Positions 17,267 to 28,518 are shown, counted from the first letter of the stretch. The stretch: 64,000 nt of DNA from Flavobacteriia bacterium (GCA_016178305.1 JACOTM010000043.1:51139-115138), one strand, 5' to 3'. A program made the numbers and translations. The notes: generated by a model from the sequence alone, not told the origin.

Positions 17267-20068
17267 TTAATGCGCCTCCAACCAATTTTTTGCCAATTCC
17301 ATTTCCACTTCCATCGGAACAGTCAATTGTACCGCATTTTCCATCGCGTTTTTCACTAAGGACTTCATTCGATCGATTTCTTCCACATGCACATCAAAAA
17401 CCAACTCATCATGCACTTGTAAAATCAACTTCGATTTTATTTTGGTTTTCTTCATTTCTCGGTAAACTGCCACCATTGCCATTTTGATAATGTCTGCTGC
17501 TGAACCTTGAATGGGAGCGTTGACGGCATTTCGTTCTGCAAAACCTCTTACGATGGCATTTGAAGAATTGATATCTGGTAAGTATCTACGACGTTTCATG
17601 ATTGTTTCTACGTAGCCATTTTCTCTTGCTTTTGCTACAGTTTCGTCCATGTAGGTTTTGATTGTTCCGTATTGGGCGTAATAGCTATCTATGATTTCTT
17701 TTGCTTCTGTTCTTGAAATATTTAAAGTCTGTGATAAACCAAAAGCCGACTGTCCGTAAATGATTCCGAAGTTCACTGCTTTGGCCGCACTACGTTGATT
17801 ACGTGTAACTTCTTCTGGTGAAATATGGAACACTTTGGCAGCTGTTGCAGTGTGAATGTCATGACCGCTTCTAAATGCTTCCACCATGTTTGGATCGTTA
17901 CTCAACGCAGCAATGATACGTAATTCAATTTGTGAATAATCCACCGACATCAACAAGTAATCTTCTCCTCTTGAAACAAATGCTTTACGAATTTCTTTTC
18001 CGTTTTCTGAACGAATCGGAATGTTTTGCAAGTTTGGATTGTTTGAACTTAAACGTCCGGTTGCAGTAACCGTTTGCATGAAACTGGTGTGAATTCGTCC
18101 ATCCACTTTATCGCATAACGTTGGAAGTGGGTCAACATACGTACTTTTTAATTTACGCATTTGTCTGTATTCCAAAATCATAGGGATAATTGGGTGGTCT
18201 TTTTCGTGTTTGATTAATACATCTTCTCCAGTTGCATATTGACCTGTTTTGGTCTTTTTCGCTTTTGAAGAGATTTTCATTTTTTCAAATAAAACTTCTC
18301 CCAATTGCTTCGGCGAATCGATGTTGAAATCTACTTCCGCTATACTTTTGATCGATTGCTCTAATTCGGCTGTATGTTTTTCTAAGTAAATTGAAAATTC
18401 TTGTAAACCAGCTACATCAATAGCGATTCCATTTTTTTCCATTTCGTTTAAAACATACACCAATGGCATTTCCATTTCGTAGAACAAATGTTTCAAATGT
18501 TCTTTTTGGATTTCTGGTTCGAAAATTTGTTTTAATTGGAACGTAATATCTGCATCTTCGCAGGCGTAATCAGATACTTCTTCGGGTTTCAAATCTTGCA
18601 TATTGCCTTGATTTTTACCTTTTTTTCCAATTAAATCTGTAATCGAAATCGGTTTGTACGAAAGATAAAATTCTGATAAGAAATCCATACTTTGTTTCAC
18701 TTCTGGATTGATCAAATAATGCGCAATCATCGTATCGAAAATCGGCGTAGCAATTTCAATGCCATAGCGACCTAAAACTTGTAAATCGTATTTAATATTA
18801 TGAGCTATTTTCTCAATCGTTGTCGATTCAAAAAATGGTCTGAACTCTTCTACAATTGATTTGGCAGCCTCAAAATTATTCGGAACAGCCACATAAAACG
18901 CTTCTCTTGCTTTACAGGAGAAAGACATTCCCACTAAATCAGCATGTAATGAATTGATTGAATTGGTTTCTGTATCAAAACAAACGCAAGTTTGTTTCAA
19001 CAAGATTTCCAATAATTCTTTGCGTTCTTCCGGTTGTGTGATTAAATGGTAACTTGGTTTTTCGGTTGCAATTGTTTTATAATCAGCTGTTTCAACAGGA
19101 TTTTGCTCTACTACCAAACTTTGTGTTCCAAACAAATCCATTTGACCTTTCTCATCGACAGAAGCAGTCACAACAATGTCTTCACCAATAATTCTTCTGG
19201 CAATATTTCTAAATTCTAATTCAGTAAAAATCTCTTTTATTTTTTCAGCATCCGGCGGACAAATGATTAATTCATCTTCTATGAAATCAACTTCTACATC
19301 GATGATAATCGTAGCCAACATCTTAGAAACAATTCCTTGTTCAGCAAAGTTGATTACATTTTCTTTTTGTTTTCCTTTTAATTCATCGGCATTGGCAATC
19401 AAACTTTCAACCGAACCGTATTTTTGAATTAAGATTTTCGAAGTTTTTTCTCCAATTCCAGGGATTCCAGGGATATTATCCGCAGCATCACCCCATAAAC
19501 CTAAGATATCGATTACTTTGATTGGATCATCTACTTCAAATTTTGCACAGATTTCAGGAACACCCCATACTTCCGGCGGATTTCCACCACGCCCGGGTTT
19601 GTACATAAATATTTTGTCTGAAACTAACTGACCAAAATCCTTATCTGGCGTCATCATATACGTATAGAAACCTTTTGTTTCAGCGATTTTAGCCAATGTT
19701 CCTATAACATCATCTGCCTCAAATCCTTCTACTTGAATAATTGGAATATTGAATGCTTGAATGATGGTTTTAATTGGCTCAATCATCGATCGTATATCTT
19801 CAGGCATTTCTTCACGATGCGCTTTATACGCCTCAAAATCTTCTTGTCGATGCGTTGCTCCACCTGGTGGATCAAAAACCACAGCAATGTGTGTTGGTTC
19901 TTCCGTTTTAATAATATCGATTAACGCATTGGTAAACCCAAACGCCGCCGAAGTGTTTTGTCCTTTCGAATTGATACGAGGGTTTTTAGCAAAAGCGAAG
20001 TAAGCTCTGTAAATCAAGGCATAAGCATCTAATAAAAATAACTTCTTATCGTGTTTTGGAGTTAACAT
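17267..20068 (-). CDS. polA: DNA polymerase I
   Basis: Full length with a 5' nuclease domain (LLDAYALIYRAYFA), a 3'-5' exonuclease region (CFDTETNS) and family A polymerase motifs (DYSQIELRI, RSAAKAVNFGIIYG, QVHDELVF). Confidence 0.97.
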   Translation of the reverse strand: MLTPKHDKKLFLLDAYALIYRAYFAFAKNPRINSKGQNTSAAFGFTNALIDIIKTEEPTHIAVVFDPPGGATHRQEDFEAYKAHREEMPEDIRSMIEPIKTIIQAFNIPIIQVEGFEADDVIGTLAKIAETKGFYTYMMTPDKDFGQLVSDKIFMYKPGRGGNPPEVWGVPEICAKFEVDDPIKVIDILGLWGDAADNIPGIPGIGEKTSKILIQKYGSVESLIANADELKGKQKENVINFAEQGIVSKMLATIIIDVEVDFIEDELIICPPDAEKIKEIFTELEFRNIARRIIGEDIVVTASVDEKGQMDLFGTQSLVVEQNPVETADYKTIATEKPSYHLITQPEERKELLEILLKQTCVCFDTETNSINSLHADLVGMSFSCKAREAFYVAVPNNFEAAKSIVEEFRPFFESTTIEKIAHNIKYDLQVLGRYGIEIATPIFDTMIAHYLINPEVKQSMDFLSEFYLSYKPISITDLIGKKGKNQGNMQDLKPEEVSDYACEDADITFQLKQIFEPEIQKEHLKHLFYEMEMPLVYVLNEMEKNGIAIDVAGLQEFSIYLEKHTAELEQSIKSIAEVDFNIDSPKQLGEVLFEKMKISSKAKKTKTGQYATGEDVLIKHEKDHPIIPMILEYRQMRKLKSTYVDPLPTLCDKVDGRIHTSFMQTVTATGRLSSNNPNLQNIPIRSENGKEIRKAFVSRGEDYLLMSVDYSQIELRIIAALSNDPNMVEAFRSGHDIHTATAAKVFHISPEEVTRNQRSAAKAVNFGIIYGQSAFGLSQTLNISRTEAKEIIDSYYAQYGTIKTYMDETVAKARENGYVETIMKRRRYLPDINSSNAIVRGFAERNAVNAPIQGSAADIIKMAMVAVYREMKKTKIKSKLILQVHDELVFDVHVEEIDRMKSLVKNAMENAVQLTVPMEVEMELAKNWLEAH

Positions 20069-20092
20069 ACGTTTTCAATTTTATGAAGAAGA

Positions 20093-20122
20093 ACAAAAAT
20101 AGTCTTTTATCAATAAAAGACT
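20093..20122 (-). terminator. Rho-independent terminator after the biotin-carrier gene
   Basis: A 9-bp stem agtctttta/taaaagact (20101-20109 and 20114-20122) is followed on the minus strand by ATTTTTG. Confidence 0.5.
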
Positions 20123-20194
20123 TAAAGATTTAAGATGACAAGAAATAGACAGCTAATCATTGCGAATATAAGTCTTAATTTCAAAACAAATTTT

Positions 20195-20662
20195 TTACTC
20201 AAATTCAATCAAAACAGCTCCTTTTTCAACTACTTGATTGCTTTCAATTAATATAGCTTTTACAGTACCTACACCTTCAGCTTTTAAAACATTTTCCATT
20301 TTCATTGCTTCTAATGAAAGAATTTCGTCACCAACATTTAACTCATCTCCAACATTAACAGCAATATTTACAATTCTACCTGGCATAGGTGCTTGTAATT
20401 CTTTCAGTTTACGAATTTTTGGAACATCTAAACCTAATGCAGCAATTAATTCATCTAATTCACCTTTCTTTTTTACTTCGAATACGCGATGATTAATTTT
20501 TATTTTTAAACGGTGATCTTCAGATTTTTCTTCTAATATTTCTCCAAAAAAATCTTTTCCGTTGAAAGTTAAAGTAAAAAAACGTTCATCGTCCCATTTT
20601 ACAACTGAACCACCATTGCTAACAGTATCCTTACCGTCAATATTCCAAATTTGATTTGTCAT
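20195..20662 (-). CDS. Biotin/lipoyl-attachment domain protein (biotin carboxyl carrier protein-like)
   Basis: The C-terminal biotinyl domain carries the EAMKMEN attachment motif. Confidence 0.85.
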   Translation of the reverse strand: MTNQIWNIDGKDTVSNGGSVVKWDDERFFTLTFNGKDFFGEILEEKSEDHRLKIKINHRVFEVKKKGELDELIAALGLDVPKIRKLKELQAPMPGRIVNIAVNVGDELNVGDEILSLEAMKMENVLKAEGVGTVKAILIESNQVVEKGAVLIEFE

Positions 20663-20881
20663 GACAAAATATTTTATACAAAAATAATAGAATCTCTCTA
20701 AGTTTAGAGATGATTTATATATTTAAAAGCAGAGTTAGACTAAAAATTTATACTTAATTTCCTTCTGTCTTCCTTTTTACTCCTTAAATCCTAAAAATTC
20801 AGCTTTTTAAATGAATAATCGTGGACGAATCAAAAAATTTTATCAGTTTTGTGTTTAGTCTATAAAAAAGGAAGTACTCAA

Positions 20882-23527
20882 ATGAAAAAAATCTCAATAT
20901 TAGTTGCAAGTATATTAATCGTTTCATGTGGAACTAAAAATACGAATACACAACATAATTCACCTGTTGAAACAAATAACAATGAAGTTTCTACGACTAA
21001 TTCTACACTATTAACAGATGAAATACCTGCAAAACGTTCAAAATATTGGGGTTCTGAAACAGTATATACCGATTTAATTCACACAAAATTAGAGGTGAAT
21101 TTTGATTGGTCAAAATCGAGAATGAATGGCATAGCTACGATAACTGCAAAACCACATTTTTATGCAACAGATAGTTTAATTTTGGATGCTAAAGGAATGG
21201 ATATTTTAGATGTTTCTTTAGCGGATAAAAAATTAAAATATGTTTATGATTCGTCGTTTTTGAAAATTAGTTTAGACAGAGTTTATACTCGAAATGAAAA
21301 TTATACGCTTAAAATAAAATATGTTGCTAAACCAGACGAAAGAGCAACCAGTGGAAGTGCTGCAATTACATCTGATAAAGGTCTTTATTTCATTAATCCA
21401 AAAGGAGAAGATAAAAATAAAATGCCACATATTTGGACGCAAGGAGAAACAGAAGCCAGTTCGGTTTGGTTTCCTACAATTGATGCGCCAAATGTGAAGA
21501 CTACACAAGAAATATTTATTACTGTTGAGAATAAATTTACAACTCTTTCCAATGGAAAATTAATTAGTTCAAAACAAAATTCTGATGGTACACGTACTGA
21601 TTATTGGAAACAGGATTTGGTTCATGCCCCTTACTTGTTTATGATGGGAGTAGGAGAATTTAAAGTTGTGAAAGATTTTTATACACGGCTAGATGGAACA
21701 AAAATGGAAGTGAATTATTATGTTGAACCAGAATGGGAACAACATGCGAAAGCTATTTTTGGAGAAACGCCAGCTATGATAACTTATTTTTCAAAATTAT
21801 TAGGAGTAGAATATCCTTGGGATAAATACCATCAAATTATAGTAAGAGATTATGTTTCTGGCGCTATGGAAAATACAGGTGCCGTAATTTTTGGTGATTA
21901 TGCATATAAAACAACACGAGAGTTATTAGATGAAAATGATCAATCTACAATAGCACACGAATTATTTCATCATTGGTTTGGAGATTTAGTAACTTGTGAA
22001 TCGTGGTCAAATTTGACTTTAAATGAATCGTTTGCAAATTATTCTCAATATTTATGGGATGAGCATAGATATGGTTTAGATGAAGCGGCTTACAATGCTG
22101 AAATTGAAGCAGATGGTTATTTTCAATCAGCTCAATCAGGAGGTTATCATAATTTAGTATGGTTTGATTATGATGATAAAGAACAAATGTTTGACGGACA
22201 TACTTATAATAAAGGAGGTAGAATTTTACACATGCTTCGTTGTTATCTGGGAGATGAAGCTTTTTTTAAAGCAATTCATAATTACTTAAGCAATAATAAA
22301 TTTAAATCTGCGGAATTTAATCAATTAAGAATAGCTTTTGAAGAAGTATGTGGAGAAGATTTAAATTGGTTTTTCAATCAATGGTATTTAGGAGCAGCAC
22401 ATCCAATTTTGGAGATTGTACAAACGAAAAAAGAGACAGAAAAAATGGTGACTATTTCAATAGATCAAAAGCAAAATTTAGAAGTTGCTTCACTTTTTAA
22501 ATTGCCTATGGAAATTGCTATATTCGATTCAAAAGGTAAACATATACATCAAGTAATAGTTGAAAATTTACACAATGAATTTACATTCAAATATGAAGGA
22601 GATTTAAAATGTGTTATTACAGATGATCAGCAGATGTTACTTGGAAAATTAAGAGAAGAAAAATCAACTAGTCAATACGTTTATCAATATTATCATTCAA
22701 CAACATATAAAGGGCGTAAAGATGGCTTACAGTTTGGTGCAAATGGAACAGATTCAACAGCGCAAAAATTAATTTTAGATGCATTAAATGATCCTTTTTG
22801 GTATATCCGTTCAATGGCAATTGAAAAAGCATCTAAATTGAAAGATGAAAATAAATTGAAAGGATTAGCAACTTTAAAAGAGATATTAAAGAATGATAAC
22901 AATTCTCAAGTTCGAGCAAGTGCAATCAATTTTTTGGCTAAAAATAGTGAAGGAAAAGAATTGGAAGAAATTTTAGTAAATTGTTTACAAACAGATCAAT
23001 CTTATACCGTTATTTCAGCAGCATTACGTGAATTAGGACAAATAAACCCAGAGTTAGCCTTAGAAAAAGCGAAGATGTTTGAAAAAGAAAAATCATCAAA
23101 AATGTTAGCTGGAATTGGACAATTATATCAAGGTCATGCTCAATTAGATGCTTTTCCATTCTTTGAAAATTCTTTGAAAAACAATAGCTTACAAGGTTTT
23201 GATCAATTGAGCATGATGAATTCTTTAACCGTATTTATGGTAAGATTAAATGACATTGAGACTTTAGAAAAAGCGTTACCAATTTATGATTATTTGAAAA
23301 GTAATGGGGGAATGTACACGAAAATGTTTTTACCTCAAAACATTAAATATTTGCAAGGTTATATAAGCCAAAAAGTAGAAGAAATGAACTTACAGATAGA
23401 AGCTTACGAAAAAAATAAAGATATGGTTTATGCTAATCAAACTCGCCAATTAATAAAGCGGTATCAAGAATTAAGTGAAAAACTCAAAATCTTTGAAATT
23501 ACAGAATCAGCGACTAAAATGCATTAA
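20882..23527 (+). CDS. M1-family metallopeptidase (aminopeptidase N-like) with C-terminal HEAT/ARM-like repeats
   Basis: GAMEN exopeptidase motif and HELFHHWFGD...E zinc site are present. The lipoprotein-like signal MKKISILVASILIVSCG favours the ATG at 20882 over the TTG at 20849. Confidence 0.9.
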   Translation: MKKISILVASILIVSCGTKNTNTQHNSPVETNNNEVSTTNSTLLTDEIPAKRSKYWGSETVYTDLIHTKLEVNFDWSKSRMNGIATITAKPHFYATDSLILDAKGMDILDVSLADKKLKYVYDSSFLKISLDRVYTRNENYTLKIKYVAKPDERATSGSAAITSDKGLYFINPKGEDKNKMPHIWTQGETEASSVWFPTIDAPNVKTTQEIFITVENKFTTLSNGKLISSKQNSDGTRTDYWKQDLVHAPYLFMMGVGEFKVVKDFYTRLDGTKMEVNYYVEPEWEQHAKAIFGETPAMITYFSKLLGVEYPWDKYHQIIVRDYVSGAMENTGAVIFGDYAYKTTRELLDENDQSTIAHELFHHWFGDLVTCESWSNLTLNESFANYSQYLWDEHRYGLDEAAYNAEIEADGYFQSAQSGGYHNLVWFDYDDKEQMFDGHTYNKGGRILHMLRCYLGDEAFFKAIHNYLSNNKFKSAEFNQLRIAFEEVCGEDLNWFFNQWYLGAAHPILEIVQTKKETEKMVTISIDQKQNLEVASLFKLPMEIAIFDSKGKHIHQVIVENLHNEFTFKYEGDLKCVITDDQQMLLGKLREEKSTSQYVYQYYHSTTYKGRKDGLQFGANGTDSTAQKLILDALNDPFWYIRSMAIEKASKLKDENKLKGLATLKEILKNDNNSQVRASAINFLAKNSEGKELEEILVNCLQTDQSYTVISAALRELGQINPELALEKAKMFEKEKSSKMLAGIGQLYQGHAQLDAFPFFENSLKNNSLQGFDQLSMMNSLTVFMVRLNDIETLEKALPIYDYLKSNGGMYTKMFLPQNIKYLQGYISQKVEEMNLQIEAYEKNKDMVYANQTRQLIKRYQELSEKLKIFEITESATKMH

Positions 23528-23529
23528 CA

Positions 23530-23877
23530 ATGTTTTTAAAAAATAAAATAGTACGAACATTTGTATGGCTAAATTTTATTGTTTTTTCCGTTTTTGGATG
23601 TATCTTTTTATTTCGAGATGAAACAGATCGTTTATTTTATCACATGCAATTAAACAAAAGTGAAATAAAGGCAAAACACAACAATAATTTATTAACAGTT
23701 TATTACAAAGTTATTCCAGAAGAAGTCATGAAAATGGATTTAGATTTAAAAAAAATTTATGGCCAAAATAAAAAATTTACTCAAATTCATGTAGGAGATT
23801 TATTATCAAAAAAATCAGGATCTTATCATTTATTAATTATGAGAAAAAACCAATTCATTTTGGAATTAAATAAATAG
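23530..23877 (+). CDS. Hypothetical small membrane protein
   Basis: The ORF starts 3 nt after the peptidase stop and has one N-terminal TM helix. I recognise no family. Confidence 0.4.
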   Translation: MFLKNKIVRTFVWLNFIVFSVFGCIFLFRDETDRLFYHMQLNKSEIKAKHNNNLLTVYYKVIPEEVMKMDLDLKKIYGQNKKFTQIHVGDLLSKKSGSYHLLIMRKNQFILELNK

Positions 23878-23920
23878 AAGGAAGACTTTAAAATGTTTTC
23901 AATATTTTCTTTAAATAAAA

Positions 23921-24595
23921 TTAATTACTCATACCTATTTTTAATTTTTCTTCTTCCGTTAAAATAGAATAACCTTCTGGAATGATAATGTCAAAAAAAT
24001 CAGAAGGTTTTTTAACTAATTTTGGTTCTATTTTTGTCGCTGTTATTAACATTTTCATACCTTGTTGAAACATTTCATATTCTAAAGGTACTCCAGGGAT
24101 TTTGGAACTAAAGTTTTTTTGCCCTTTTTTATTGATTGCAATGTCCTCAGTGTACCAAAAAATTAATTCATTTCCATCTTTGTCGGTAAGAATAGCTTTT
24201 TTACATTTATAACCAAGTATATCTTTTGTCGCGTTTTCTAATTTTACATTTATTTCTTCTTTTGGGTCGGTTAAAGTTTGGGTTGTGTTATCTTTTAAAC
24301 TTGTTTTAGAAGCTTTATTTCCCATCATACCAGACATTAACATTAGCATTTCAGAAGTAATATTATTTGAGATAGTTGTTATTTTCATCATTACTCCCAT
24401 TGTCATTTCTGATCGTGTATTTTGATCTTTGAAATAAAGTTCAATTGTTGAGCCTTGTAACATACCAATTTGCTTCTGTATTTCTGGCTTGTCAGAACTG
24501 AAATCTATTTTATAAGAAATATGTCCTTCAGTTATTTGGCTAAAAGAAGTTAAGCTAATTAATAAAATACTTAAAGTTGGAATTATTTTTTTCAT
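23921..24595 (-). CDS. Hypothetical secreted protein
   Basis: Signal peptide MKKIIPTLSILLISLTSFSQ. The family is not recognised with confidence. Confidence 0.55.
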   Translation of the reverse strand: MKKIIPTLSILLISLTSFSQITEGHISYKIDFSSDKPEIQKQIGMLQGSTIELYFKDQNTRSEMTMGVMMKITTISNNITSEMLMLMSGMMGNKASKTSLKDNTTQTLTDPKEEINVKLENATKDILGYKCKKAILTDKDGNELIFWYTEDIAINKKGQKNFSSKIPGVPLEYEMFQQGMKMLITATKIEPKLVKKPSDFFDIIIPEGYSILTEEEKLKIGMSN

Positions 24596-24715
24596 AGAAT
24601 ACAGTATTGATGAACCAAATATCTTGTTATTAATTTATAGATTCAGAATAAATTGAATAACGGTTTGAAATGAATGATAAAAGGTTCAGATTTGATTTTA
24701 ATTTCTTTAAATTAA

Positions 24716-24752
24716 TAAAAAATCCCAAAACGATGAGGTTTTGGGATTTAAA
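24716..24752 (-). terminator. Rho-independent terminator after rseP
   Basis: The stem atcccaaaac/gttttgggat is flanked by A and T runs, giving a T-run on the minus strand. Confidence 0.6.
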
Positions 24753-24766
24753 AAGAAAAATTTATT

Positions 24767-26110
24767 TCAATGCGAAAGCCATTTGTAAATATCATTACCA
24801 TTAGCATATAGTAAAAGTCCCATTAAAAAAACAAAACCTACAATTTGGGCATATTCTAAAACTTTTTGAGGTGCTTCTTTACCTGTTACCATTTCATAAA
24901 TTAGGAAAACAACATGCCCACCATCTAATGCAGGGATAGGTAGAATATTCATAAAAGCTAATACAATAGAAATGAAAGCGGTGTTTAACCAGAAAATTTC
25001 CCAATCCCATTCAGCAGGGAACATATTTCCTATTGCTGCGAAACCACCAACTGAACCCGCTCCTTTTTTAGTAAAGACAAATTTAAATTGGGAGACATAA
25101 TCAGACAATGTGTTTTTTCCTTTGATAATACCACGGCTGATACTTTCGCCAAATGAATAATTGAAATGTTTAAACTTTTTATTATCTACAATTGTTTTAG
25201 AATTATTTGCAAATCCTAAGCGGCCATCAAAAGTGCCTGATTTTGGAATGAATACTTTTGTTTCAAATATTTTCCCATTTCTTTTTATTTCTAAATCAAT
25301 TTTCTTTCCTTTAGAATTATACAGAATTTTTTGGAAATCGTCAAAATAAACAATTTTAGTTCCGTTTGCTTTAATAATTTTATCTTCTTTTTGAAGCTTT
25401 ACTTTGGCTGCGGGAGAATTTTTTTCAATTTCCCCAATTTTTACTCCGAACAATCTTGGTCCAAAAGCAGACATTGCTCCTTCTTGAAATAATTCATGAT
25501 CAATTCCTTTTGGAAGAACGATTGTTTTTTTGGTGCCATTTGCTTTTACAACCTCTAATTTTCTACCATTTCGCAATAATATTATTGTATTTGATTCTAA
25601 AATGTTTTCTAATTTTTCACCATTGATAGCAAGTATATTGTCGCCTGATTCTAATCCAAACTTCTGCATGTAAGGATGAACCGCTAATCCAGCTTTTAAA
25701 TCGGAGGGGTTTAATTTTTCTTCTCCATATCCAAAAACAACACAGATGTATATAAGAACTCCCAAAATCAAATTAACAGTTACACCGCCAATCATAATAA
25801 TTAATCTTTGCCAAGCTGGTTTTGATCTAAATTCCCAAGGTTGTGCGGGTTGCGCCAATTGCTCTTTATCCATGGATTCATCAACCATGCCTGAAATTTT
25901 CACATAACCACCTAAAGGAAGCCATCCAATTCCCCATTCTGTATCTCCAACTTTTTTCTTAAAAATAGAGAACCAAGGATCAAAAAATAAATAAAATTTT
26001 TCGATACGTGTTTTAAATAATTTTGCTGGGATGTAATGCCCAAATTCGTGTAATAAGACTAAAATTGAAAGTGATAAAATTAATTGTGCTGCTTTGATTA
26101 AAATATCCAT
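24767..26110 (-). CDS. rseP: RIP site-2 metalloprotease RseP
   Basis: HEFGHY zinc motif in TM1, PDZ region, and C-terminal NILPIPALDGG motif. Confidence 0.9.
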   Translation of the reverse strand: MDILIKAAQLILSLSILVLLHEFGHYIPAKLFKTRIEKFYLFFDPWFSIFKKKVGDTEWGIGWLPLGGYVKISGMVDESMDKEQLAQPAQPWEFRSKPAWQRLIIMIGGVTVNLILGVLIYICVVFGYGEEKLNPSDLKAGLAVHPYMQKFGLESGDNILAINGEKLENILESNTIILLRNGRKLEVVKANGTKKTIVLPKGIDHELFQEGAMSAFGPRLFGVKIGEIEKNSPAAKVKLQKEDKIIKANGTKIVYFDDFQKILYNSKGKKIDLEIKRNGKIFETKVFIPKSGTFDGRLGFANNSKTIVDNKKFKHFNYSFGESISRGIIKGKNTLSDYVSQFKFVFTKKGAGSVGGFAAIGNMFPAEWDWEIFWLNTAFISIVLAFMNILPIPALDGGHVVFLIYEMVTGKEAPQKVLEYAQIVGFVFLMGLLLYANGNDIYKWLSH

Positions 26111-26125
26111 TTTTTAATTGCTGTT

Positions 26126-26488
26126 TTAAAGTATTTCTTCGTTTTCGTTAAGGTAACCTTCTTTCACAAAATAGTCTAACATGACTTCTTTTAGCAGATG
26201 TTGTTGTTCTAAATGTGTCAAATGCGGCAACTCTTTTTCCAATTTATAATGCGGCCAATTATCTTTATCTCTTCCTTCAAAAGAATAATGTCCGTAAGGT
26301 TCAAGTAACTTGCAAATGGCAATATGCATTAAATCTTGCTTCTCATTTTTAGAGAAATTTTTATGGCCCAATCCTAACTCATCTACTCCAATTAAAAATA
26401 AGATGGCTTGAACGTCCATACTCATTTCAAATTGTTCTTCTAATTTAGTTTTTAATTTTTGGAATCTTAATTCAATTGCATAATCCAT
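26126..26488 (-). CDS. Hypothetical conserved protein
   Basis: 120-aa ORF 15 nt upstream of rseP on the same strand. I recognise no family. Confidence 0.5.
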   Translation of the reverse strand: MDYAIELRFQKLKTKLEEQFEMSMDVQAILFLIGVDELGLGHKNFSKNEKQDLMHIAICKLLEPYGHYSFEGRDKDNWPHYKLEKELPHLTHLEQQHLLKEVMLDYFVKEGYLNENEEIL

Positions 26489-26540
26489 ATTACAAATGTA
26501 ATCAATCTCATTTACAAATATTGTTTTCTCGGAAATTGAA

Positions 26541-26573
26541 CAAAAAAATCCCTCAGAATAGTTCCTGAGGGAT
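26541..26573 (-). terminator. Rho-independent terminator
   Basis: The stem atccctcag/ctgagggat (26548-26556 and 26565-26573) is preceded by an A-run, which is a T-run on the minus strand. Confidence 0.65.
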
Positions 26574-26598
26574 TTCTATAAAGTGTTAAAACAGAAAT

Positions 26599-28518
26599 TT
26601 ATTTGATAACTTTATTTGTAAATACCCCATTGGCATTCGAAACAGTGATGAAATATTGACCTTTTACTAAATTCGAAACATCCAAACGAATATTTTTTGA
26701 ATTAGTTGAATGTGTCAAGACTTGTTTTCCAAGTACATCTGTAATTACAATAGTTGAAGACAATTCTTTTTCTAATGAAATTTCAATGAAATCATTAAAA
26801 GGATTTGGAAAAAGGACTACATTATTGTTAAGCGATTTTTGAGCTTCATTCAAGCCCATGGTTTCATAATTAACATAATATTGACTTGAAACAACTAATA
26901 ATTTTTCAATAGATTTATTTGGACAATAAGCTTGTAAAACAAAAGAAAAGAGGCCATTATTCGTATCTAAAACTATGTAACTTGTTGACAATGTTTCTGA
27001 ATAAATAGAATCATAATAAACAGTCCAATCAATAAATAGGATATTTCCTAAACCAGAATTAACGGAAGAAATAACAACGGAATCAATGTTTGAATAATTG
27101 ATGTTGCAATTTGTAGTTACACCATTGTATATACTATCAATTACAGTAGAATCTGGAAATAAATTGTTGTTGAGATAATTTTCAGGTGACACAATAAGAA
27201 AATCCAGAACGATTGAATTACCGATAGCATCTTGTACAGTAACATTATTAATTCCAGGACATAAATTAATAGCAGTAGATGAAGTTGAACCGTTTGAATA
27301 TAAATAAGTATATGGTTGAATTCCTCCATATACAATTGCGTGTGCTTGCCCGTCGCATATAGAATCATTTGTATTTATAGAAGTTACAACATAACCACCA
27401 AATGTTAAGGATGTATTGATTAATTCATTAACATAAGCCGATGCTATTATTGAACAACCAACAGAATCTGTAATAATTACATTGTAAACACCGTTACAAA
27501 GATTATCTATTGTTGTAGAAACAGCATTATTAAATGTCCATAAAACAGTATGATATCCTTCTCCTCCAGAAACATTTACGGTTGCGTTTCCGTTGCAATT
27601 TGTTGTCACATTTGAAGTTGTCACATTCGCATTTAAAGTTGAATTCTGGCAATTGTTAACGTAAGGAACATTTGTATATGCTGTATTGCCATAAACGGCA
27701 TTCAAAACTTTGCTGTTACTTGATGAACTATGTCCATTTTGAATAAAAGCAAAAACTTTAAGGTTTTCTAAGATGCAGGCTATATTGTTAATATTAGGTG
27801 GGATAATGTAAGAATATGACTTTGAAATAACGCCATTTTGTGATGCATCTATCGAATCACCCCATGTTCCAGCAGTATTGACGTAACCCCTAAATACATT
27901 TTTATGTAAATAATTTCCATTTGGAAGCATTGAAGATGGGTTTACATTTAAATAATTTTGTTGCAATCCTTCAATGTTATCTTGCAAAAGACCAACATTT
28001 AAAAAGTGCGTCGTTCCATTTGCTTGAGCTTGTGTATAAAATAATTCAATATTTACAGTTAATTCTCTAGTAACTAAATCAATATTACTGTTCATCGCTA
28101 AATTAACAATTGCAGGATTTGAAAGAACGCTATCTGATTTATGAGCCCAAAATTCCCGACCATAATATAAAATGGTATCATTGGTAGTCATAGTTGTTCT
28201 TTGAACTGAACCTGAAGGAAAATATTGTGGATTCATCCAATATTCAATAGCAGTACCTTCGGTAGTTCTTAGGTCAAAAGTGTTTTGCAAAGGTGAAAAT
28301 AAATTTGAAGCAATATTTACCCAAACAATATTACCATTTGAATTTTGAAACAAACTGTCAGCGATAATGTGACCAGTTGGTGAATATCCTTCAGCTGTAC
28401 TTGTAAATGTTTCTAATAATACTTTTTGATTTGAGGGATTTGTACTAACGGGTAAGGTTTGCGAATATATCGAAATATTCGTGAGTAAAATAAGTGAAAA
28501 GGTAAATAAATTTTTCAT
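26599..28518 (-). CDS. T9SS type A sorting-domain surface protein with SprB-type repeats
   Basis: It has a signal peptide and repeats of the form CNG..GG..PYTY...LC.G. The C-terminus VVLFPNPFNDFIEISL...LVKGQYFITVSNANGVFTNKVIK is a Por secretion tail. Confidence 0.85.
   Translation of the reverse strand: MKNLFTFSLILLTNISIYSQTLPVSTNPSNQKVLLETFTSTAEGYSPTGHIIADSLFQNSNGNIVWVNIASNLFSPLQNTFDLRTTEGTAIEYWMNPQYFPSGSVQRTTMTTNDTILYYGREFWAHKSDSVLSNPAIVNLAMNSNIDLVTRELTVNIELFYTQAQANGTTHFLNVGLLQDNIEGLQQNYLNVNPSSMLPNGNYLHKNVFRGYVNTAGTWGDSIDASQNGVISKSYSYIIPPNINNIACILENLKVFAFIQNGHSSSSNSKVLNAVYGNTAYTNVPYVNNCQNSTLNANVTTSNVTTNCNGNATVNVSGGEGYHTVLWTFNNAVSTTIDNLCNGVYNVIITDSVGCSIIASAYVNELINTSLTFGGYVVTSINTNDSICDGQAHAIVYGGIQPYTYLYSNGSTSSTAINLCPGINNVTVQDAIGNSIVLDFLIVSPENYLNNNLFPDSTVIDSIYNGVTTNCNINYSNIDSVVISSVNSGLGNILFIDWTVYYDSIYSETLSTSYIVLDTNNGLFSFVLQAYCPNKSIEKLLVVSSQYYVNYETMGLNEAQKSLNNNVVLFPNPFNDFIEISLEKELSSTIVITDVLGKQVLTHSTNSKNIRLDVSNLVKGQYFITVSNANGVFTNKVIK

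Noticed and set aside
17260-20003. Plus-strand ORFs 17260-17487, 19176-19427, 19733-19924 and 19761-20003
   Set aside because: They are antisense to polA, which is unambiguous.
20849-20881. TTG-initiated extension of the M1 peptidase (similar cases at 40302-40367 and 63827-63841)
   Set aside because: Internal ATG codons give proper signal peptides or plausible N-termini. The extensions are artefacts of longest-ORF calling.
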